From the IMG/VR virus record IMGVR_UViG_3300046779_000345, positions 1 through 24,678 of that record: 24,678 nt of DNA, one strand, 5' to 3'. The position numbers were made by a program, and so were the translations under genes. This DNA is from a virus. Its lineage: Duplodnaviria > Caudoviricetes. The notes beneath the pieces are model-generated. The model was not told the origin of the DNA, ran no database searches, and saw only the letters and a list, made by a program, of their open reading frames with translations. How positions within the stretch are numbered: the stretch's first letter is position 1; each line of letters begins with the position of its first letter. Of the stretch, positions 7,501 through 16,500 are shown piece by piece.

Positions 7501-10500
7501 CGCAGGCTTCTTCGGTGCTGGGTAAATGCTAGTATCAATATATGCAGTAACTGTAGGGATTTCTATGTAATCTCTACCTGTATCTAAAATAATAATTTCA
7601 GGTAAGTCAGAAAATACTTTTGCACCCTTGAAATGTTCGGCATTTAATGTTCCGTTAACACCTCTGCTTACACCTAACAATTTACCAGTATCTCTATCAA
7701 TATCAATATAACTAATCAATTCGTCATCAATACGGATAGTACCTTGAACTGGAACACCTCTAGGATTGCTCAAGTAAACTTCAGCACTGATAATTGAAAT
7801 ATAATATTCCAGTGTTGATATAAAAGCATTATTTGATGTTTTTAATGTCAAACCATAATTGTCATACCACTGTTTGTAGTCAGGTTCTTGCCAAATTGCG
7901 TCTGTTGGTAAGAACTGATATCCTGACACATAGTTGTTATATTTCAATTGCGGTGAAACGAAATTACCAACAGTTGATGAATACTTAGATGGTAAATCAA
8001 AGTCAGATATATCACCATCAAACTCATCAAAGCCAGTATAGCGCAAGTAGAAATCTTTGATTACTACATGGTATGGCTTAATTTCATTGACATATCCCTC
8101 TAAGAATGATTGATTATCACGCTTATACTTTTGGTAAGGTAATAAGTCACGGACTGTATATCCAACATCAATCAAACTAGTCTTGTTCAACCATGGCATA
8201 TAGTTATTATTTGAAATGTTTTCACTTTGGATATATTCAAATAATAAAATTAAACTCTTGTTTCTATGTTCAAACAATGATCCAGTGTATATTTGCTCGT
8301 TCAATGCTCTAACAATATATCTAGTTTCGGTTGATGGATAGAAATCGTATGGACCACTATCAAAGAAGTTATCACCAAAACCTATCTTATTTTTGTTATA
8401 GTCCCACAATGTGTCTAACAGTTGAATGGTACCATTCTCTAGACCAATACGGGTCCATACGCTATTAGAATAACGATAAACCTCTCTCTTGTTTTGAATG
8501 TTTTTCTTAACTCCTACTACTAGACCTTCGTAAAGTTCTGCGATAGAAGATAAATCAGCATAAACATTAACATCAAAGGCTGCTCTTGTAGTTGAATCAA
8601 AACCAGTTTCCCACCAATATATTGTTTCCCAATAATCAGATGTTGTGAAGTCTGTTCCACTAGCATTTAAGAATGTTAGATTACCTATTTCAGTAATAGG
8701 ATAAGTCTTCATTAATGTATTTGCATATTCAAAATAGTTCTTTAATGCAGTAAATCTATCAATGAAGAAACTTTGTCTTGGGCGTACACTGATACCTGAT
8801 TGAACCATCTTTGGTAAGTATGGATCAGGTACCATTGAACCTTGCTCATCTGTGCCAGCCAAACTATCTAACATACGGTCATATAAACCATATGGTTGTG
8901 TGTAGCCTTTTTCTGGATTAGGTAAACCAGGTAAGAAATCATCAGGGAAATTAGTTCTAATCAACTTAAATTCAGTATGACTAGATGCATCACCTGCTGT
9001 TAAACTGTAACCTAAATGTAAGTTAGTATTTCTACCTCTAATATACTCACCGCTATTATACAAAGCAAATGTGTTTGACTTTAACGGAGCCATATAAGAG
9101 ATGCCAGAACTTTGGGGTGATCTGATGTATGATTGAATCACTGTATCTGTTAATGTTTTACCTAAATAATCAAACAACTTATTAGTATTCTTCACCCAGA
9201 AATAATACTTGGTAACAACATTCTGTGTTGCATCAACTTGATATGATTCAGAGAATCTGTTTAGGTCATATGGAGTACCATTACCAGTATAATATGATGG
9301 GCTAACATCACTCTCGATCCAAGTGTAGACGGCAACTTCACTTCCAGGGAATACTTGTCCCCAATATTTGCTATCGTATTCTATATCACTTTGATGATAG
9401 TTTAGGAATCGAGTAGTAGAAGTATCGAACCAGATTTTACCAACTTGTTGCTTTTCCCATGCTTTGTTTCCAGTGAATGCACACATATCACTGTATCCTG
9501 CAGGATCTCTTGGTGAAACAAAATCAATGTTTTCTCTTACTGCACCTAACAATTTTCCTTGTAATGGATCAATATAATCTAATGATTCTAACGATTCGTT
9601 ATTAATATTGCTGTATAACTGAACCTTTTGGATCTTGTTAATGTTCACAACATTTTGAGATTTACGATATACTGACCAATCTTGTGCATTAGTGTTATTA
9701 GTATAAATTACAACTCTGCCACCTACAGTATCTGGAATGAATCCAGGTGTACCGATAACTAAACTATAATTGTTAAATGCTAATGCAGTTCCATAATATG
9801 GTTCTGCTCCGTATGATGTTATAGTATCGTTACATGATTGAGCATATACATACTGACTTATGTTAGATAAACTTTCATTGTAAGTGTTTATGTAATCAAA
9901 CATATAAACACTTCCTGCATTCTTTGCGTTATCTTCCCACTGAGTTAAGTTATTGTCAAACACTGCATCATTGTGTGAATTACTATCTTCACTATAGTCG
10001 AAGGTAGTGTTTGTATATCTTGTAGAGACTGGCGCACTTACTGCAAATGAATTAAATTCATTGAATTTTACAGTATATCCAAACTGTGATCTTGATTGTA
10101 CATGCGGGTCTGTGATGACTTGTGTTCTGGTATATGGTGTAATATTCAAACTAGTGTAGTAATTAATACCAACACCTGCACCATTGACAACTACTAAATC
10201 TAGTTTGTCATTATTTGGATTTAGGTTAGCATCAACTAATGATATCACTAATCTACCATCTACTGATTCTGCCGTGACATTAGGAATATTTGCGTATCTG
10301 ATAAATTCTGCAATTGTCGATGCATTTCCAGTAGTTACTGTTGCGGCAAATCCATTAATGAATATACTCTTTGCACTAGGCAATACAATACTAGAAGTAT
10401 CTGTCGCATTGATGACACCGAAACGCTTTCCTTCATTAGTAAAGCGATACACTGCGCCTTCTTGTCCTGCAGGATTATGCAAATCGAACGGAGCACCAAC

Positions 10501-13500
10501 CAATAATTCACTAGCATATGTGTTACAATCAACAGAATATCCAAACAATTCACCTGCACGGGCTTCTGACGGATCATCATAACTGTATAATTGATAAGGT
10601 TCAACAAAGTCAACACTACTTACTGTTATTATGTCACCTGCTTTTAGAAAATCAGCATCTAATACTAACAAGTTCAATAATATGATAAACTGGTCTGATG
10701 CTAAACGAACACCGTTAACAAAAACCATTGCTTGTGTATTTGGTTCCCATGCTAAGAAGAATACTGCAAATTGGCCTGCTCTACCATTATAAGGCAATTC
10801 GTAACTTTGCATTAATCTATCATAAACCCAGACAGTACCAGTATCCACTACTGTTTCACTTAAATCAGCATATGGGGCTCCTAAGAATAGTCTAGAACCA
10901 TCATAATTAGTTGCCATACTGAAACCAATTTTATCGGCAGCAGTATCGGCTGTTAGATTATAACCTAGAATTAATGGGACACCACCTTCTTCTACTAGAG
11001 AGAAATTATAGTTTGCAGTATAAACAGCAGTACCTGATGTGATGACTGTTTCAATTGGTTCTATAGTGTAGAAAGTTGTTACATCATCAACTGAATTGTA
11101 TCTAGCGGCAATTACAGTATAAACAGTTTCATGTCCTGTATTATCAAATGCGATTGATTTGCCTACAGGAATAGAGTTAACTTTGTTTCCTGTTACTATG
11201 AAATTATCTTCTCCTGCTACTGTATTTTCTGATAGAGTCATACTAGCAGTAACATAATCGTAATCTTCATCTAAACGGTATACGAATGTCCATCCATATT
11301 CAATTAAGTTCAAATATAGGAAGTTACCATCACCGGACAATGCCATAGCATCGCCTATCATACCACCTTCTAATGATAGAATTTGTTGCAACGATAATGT
11401 CTGTAACAAGTTTGTTTCTATAATTTTGTAAATGAAAATATAAGAGAAGCCGGACACACTTGCGTTAGGGTTAGAATCGGATACAATAAAGAATTTCTCA
11501 TTCTTTACAATAGCTGTACCATATCTAGTAGTAGATACACCTGAAGGAGTCAAACTTGCGATTGGTATATATGCTCCGTCACGGACAACATATCTAAATA
11601 TTTGATTTTGGCCTGGGTCGGCAACAAAGTATCCTAGATTTGGTATATATGCAACTGCATGTCCATACTCTAGACCAGGAGGAATCTTGCTGAAATTAGT
11701 GTTCTTATAGTTGTTCTCTTTTTGATATACTGCCCATTCACCAGTTTCACTATTATCTACCCAAACTTTTTGTGTCGAATATTCATTTGTGATTAGCGGA
11801 AGTGTATTGATATCTTTTGCGGCAGTAACACGCATTGACTGTAACTTAAATGCTAATCCAAAACTTTCTATAGTATTAACTGAGTTAGGTAAAATCTTAT
11901 CTACAATTACTGAATATGAATCGGTAATTCTGGTCACTGTATAGAATCCATTAATTCTATCATCAAAGTTAATTACACCAAATGCATCAGTCTTAACTAA
12001 ATTATGCTTATCAGTAAAGCGCATAGTGACAGAATTATTCAAATTATTCATCACCATACTCAATGTTGTGTTCATTGATATTGGAGTAAAGATTTCCCAA
12101 CGGTTAACTTTGTCAGCTATCCATACATAATCGTTCTTGTATAGACCAGAAATGATATTATTATCTACTCTATCAATTGTGTAACCTGTGGCATACACAT
12201 CATCTAAGTTAACATAACCGGCACTAGGTAAAACATCATCTTGAACACCTGACAATAATGGTAAGATGGATGATGAGGCTACGAATCTACCGTAATTTTT
12301 AATATCAGATAATTTAATTTGCTGTTCTGCGCCATCTTCTGCTACATCTTGTATGATACTTACAATAGATGGATTACCTGAAAGTTCGCTTTCATTAAGA
12401 GTAAATTCTACAAAGTTTTGATTTAGGATACCACCATATTCACCTGTTTTGATAGCCCAGTTCTCATTTACAGTATAACTTAGTTCATTGCCCTGAACAG
12501 CTATTCCGTTCAAACTAGTAACAGACTTTGTTGTACCTTTTGTAGAAATCATGTTCATGTATACATTGACCTGTGTGGTATCATCCAAGTCACCTTGTAC
12601 CAAGTATTCTCTAGGTCTGTAACCTATCAAAGAGAATCCTAATAGGTCTCCGTCACTCTCTAAGTTAGCCTTATTTGAATCATAGTATAGGGTAGATTCA
12701 TATGAACGAGTACTTGGGTTTGGTAACAAGCCCTTTTGTATATCATCATATGATGTTTTAATCCATATGCTAGTATCAAACTTATTTGAAGGTGGTGCAG
12801 ATTTTTCACTTGCTACCCAATAATTGTTCTTATACTTGACGATACTGCCTTTAGTATATTTCTGATTCTCTACCCATTCTTCTATATTATCTTGATTTAA
12901 CAAGAAACCAGAAGCTGTCATAGTACCATTCCATTCAGCGGTCTTGTTACCTTTGACAAATAATCGTTGTTGTCTTAATCCTGTTACTAAGTTAAACAAT
13001 ATGTCATTGAAAACAGTAGTATTGTCAAACACAATTACATGTTCGATAGTGCTTAATCTAGCAGTAAAGAAGCTAATGCTATCTCCTGCATTCAATGCCT
13101 TAGCACTAAATTCTGTTCCATTACGGTAAACACTCAAATCTTTCATTTGAATTGGAATTAAATTCTGATTCAAAATGAAGTTTTCATTCTGTATAGTTAA
13201 AGGTTGAACTATGTTGCTTTCTTTGTTAACTGTAATAACATTAGCACATGGGTTTACATTAACTGTACTACCAACTTCCCAACCAGATTGTATCCAATAC
13301 AATGTTTCTGCAATCATTTGATTCCAGTTTAACTCTAGACCGTTTTGGATATCTGTAAATTGCATACCCTGTGTTTCAAGGTAAATGCCATAACCCTTCA
13401 AAAATTCACATAATCCTTTTACAGAGGTAAACTCGGTTCCATATGGAACGGTATAGCTCTTGTTTGAGAAATCTTTACTTACTTGTACAGATAACGAGTT

Positions 13501-16500
13501 AACTGTAATGGTATCAAAGTTACCATTATTAATAGGCAACATTGCAGTGAAGAATGCTTGTACTTGGCTATTGCCATATACTCTGTAGCCATTAACACTT
13601 TTCTGTATAATAATAGAACTGAATGTTACTGTAGTAGTTGCTTGGTTGTCGTACAACAAAATTGAGTAACTTTCGTCAGGGATTAACAATGAATTATTTT
13701 TACTGTTCGGTGATCCCTTTTCTACGAAGAATTTTAGCATGTCCTTATCACTGAAACCAGCAACTCTATATGCTAGGCGAACATCTAAATTCTGTAAAGT
13801 GTCGAACACACTTGTACTTCCATTGATACCATATTGCAATTGGTAATCAACTATCCAATTTAAGAAGCTGTGTGATGCAGTAGTTGCATTAGTTCCATAT
13901 ACAGTAACAGCGTCAGTGATATTACGGAATCTGTTATCAACCAAATATTGATTGAATTCTGTATTATATTTGTATGAATCTAAGTTCAAGCCTAATGTAA
14001 AGAACAATGCAGGTTTTTCTAATGCACATATACGCATGAAATCAAATGGCCATGAGCTACTCTTAAAATATGAGTATTCAGTTGGACCGAAATCTCCCAC
14101 TGTCCATGGATTCTTAAATAATGTAGAATTATATCCTGCTACATTTGATATTAACGGTGATAGTAACTTACCTTGGAAATCTACTGGTAATACTTTAAGT
14201 AGGTCAGGTCTTACTCTCTTTTCATTGATGTAAGAATTACCATTGTTGTAGATATATCCTTTAGAAATATCTGTCCACAATAATGTGTTGTCGCTGGTGT
14301 ACGGGGCTTCTCCGTATCGTGTATCCCACCAAGTTGGCTTATTGGCTAATCCTAACATTTCCCAAGGTGTAGTATGAGGTGTAGCGGTATCATATAACCA
14401 TAAGTATAAACCTCTCCAATTACCTTGTTCGATTGGCTTATTGTTTAGTTTGCTGATACTGTCTTTATAGTTCCAAGTAAATTCGTTAGTAGTAGAATAG
14501 AATTGTGATTTATATTCAACTCTATTAGTACCTACCCAGTTTAAGAAACCAGCACTATAAATTTGTTCTACATCTTCTTGTGGGTATGTAGTTGTTCTAA
14601 ATTGTCCTGGGAAAATGTCATCATACTCTACAGGAATTCTAGCATTAACTTTTATGTTATTGTAAATTCTAGTTTCAAATTCAATCAATGCTCTGTCACG
14701 GAAATCTTGCAAGTATCCATCATTGTATTCACCATACAATTTAGTATATGATCCATCATGACCTTTGATAAAATATGTTGGAGTTAGATATGTAGTATCG
14801 TAAACTACTTCTGGCTTGAACGCTGGATAAAAGCCTAACTTACTAGGAGTATTTGGAATATAACTTCCGTAAGTTTGATTGTATTCTTTTACAACAATAG
14901 TGTCATTTTGCTTTAGTGCAGATACTACAGTCAACGACTTTTCGGTTGATGAAATAGTATAGTCTACATCTTTAATCAATTGTGTTGTTCTGCTTATACC
15001 GTTTATTGTACGGGTTAGGTAGACCAATACACTAGAATAATTAGCATTGTTAAAATCGTATACCTTTGTTAATGGGTATTCTGTTGGATTTATTCCAATA
15101 TTGAAAGTATATGTATTAACTGTTGATGCGTTACCTGCAGGTAACATATCACTCCAAAAGAATGGCCCTGTTTCTAACTTAGAGGTAGTTATTTCTTGGA
15201 TAGCCATATCTAAGATTGATGCATTATCTTGTAATGAATTCAAATCCAAACGGTCTACTGTATCGACTAATAAAGTTTTGTACTTAATATATTCGGTTGC
15301 GTTAAAGGCTGCAGCTTTAAAGAAGTTATTATTTCTACTTCTTAAGAAGGCAGCTGCCGCAGTTAGTGGGGCGCTATTTTGAATAATACCAGTACCATAA
15401 GGAACAATATTACCTAAATCTCTAAAGTTATTTCCACCAAATGCAGACCCTGTAAAGTTTCTATTGTTGTTGCAAATACTCTTATAATGATTTCGTATAT
15501 CGCCTAAATTAATATTTGATATCTCGGCATTGAATGGATTATGATCCAAGTTGTCCGGAACTTGATAGTAACCAACTTTAGAAACTTGATTACTGTATAT
15601 CATAATTTCAACCGTATCACCGGGGAAAAGGTCAGAAGTAATTGTAATTTCAGTATAATCACTACCTACTACTTGTGTAAATTCTGTGCTTCTGGCATTA
15701 TTTATATACACTACGACTGGTACCCATTTAGTTTCTGTCGTTGTCAATGCCGCAACATCGCACTTGAAAATTTTATTCAAAGATAATTCAGTGAAGTTGA
15801 AACTGAATACTTGATATTGGAAACTTTTTTCAATTGCAGTTTGCCAACCGATTTCTCTATTGAATTCGGTTCGGTTATAATAGTTATGTACATAACCGTC
15901 ACTTACTTTTCCAGTTAAAGAAGATATACCATCTACATAGTTGAAAGTTTGAGTATTCAATGGAACTTCAAATGAGATATCTCCCAAATTAGATAACGAA
16001 CTATATTTGATAGGGAATCCTAAAATAGGATCGTTTGCTCCTGTACCGGTAGCATATTGAAACAATGTACAGCCATTAAAGTCTGTGCTATTGTAAAAAC
16101 TATTATCACCATAACTAATACCACTTGAGTTAAACACATCAAACTTAGGTGGTTGATTTACTGTATCTTTTTGCTGTGCGAAACTCCAAGTATTACCATC
16201 AAAGTATGCAGATTTGCCTTTATTATCGATACCATTAACTGCTACAACTTGGTCGTTTTCTAATAGTTCACCATCTGGTGCTACACTTAAAGTTATGACT
16301 GGTGTAGGATCTCCTGTTAGTGTAACAAAATTAACTACATAAATCTTGTTTCTAACAAATAGTGATTGGTCGTTTAAGAAAACAATTCGTGAACCATCAA
16401 CTAATGCACTACCAGAACCATCAGGTTCATATGTTGTTTGTCCTGCTACTTGCGTTAATGCATCTGTAGCAGTTGTGTTGATAAAGTCTATTGGTTTTTT

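Noticed and set aside
3433-10616. Short nested or alternative-frame ORFs (3433-3666, 3779-4090, 5193-5387, 10335-10616)
   Set aside because: They are fully contained in real genes, have atypical composition, and show no translation signals or frameshift site that I could identify.
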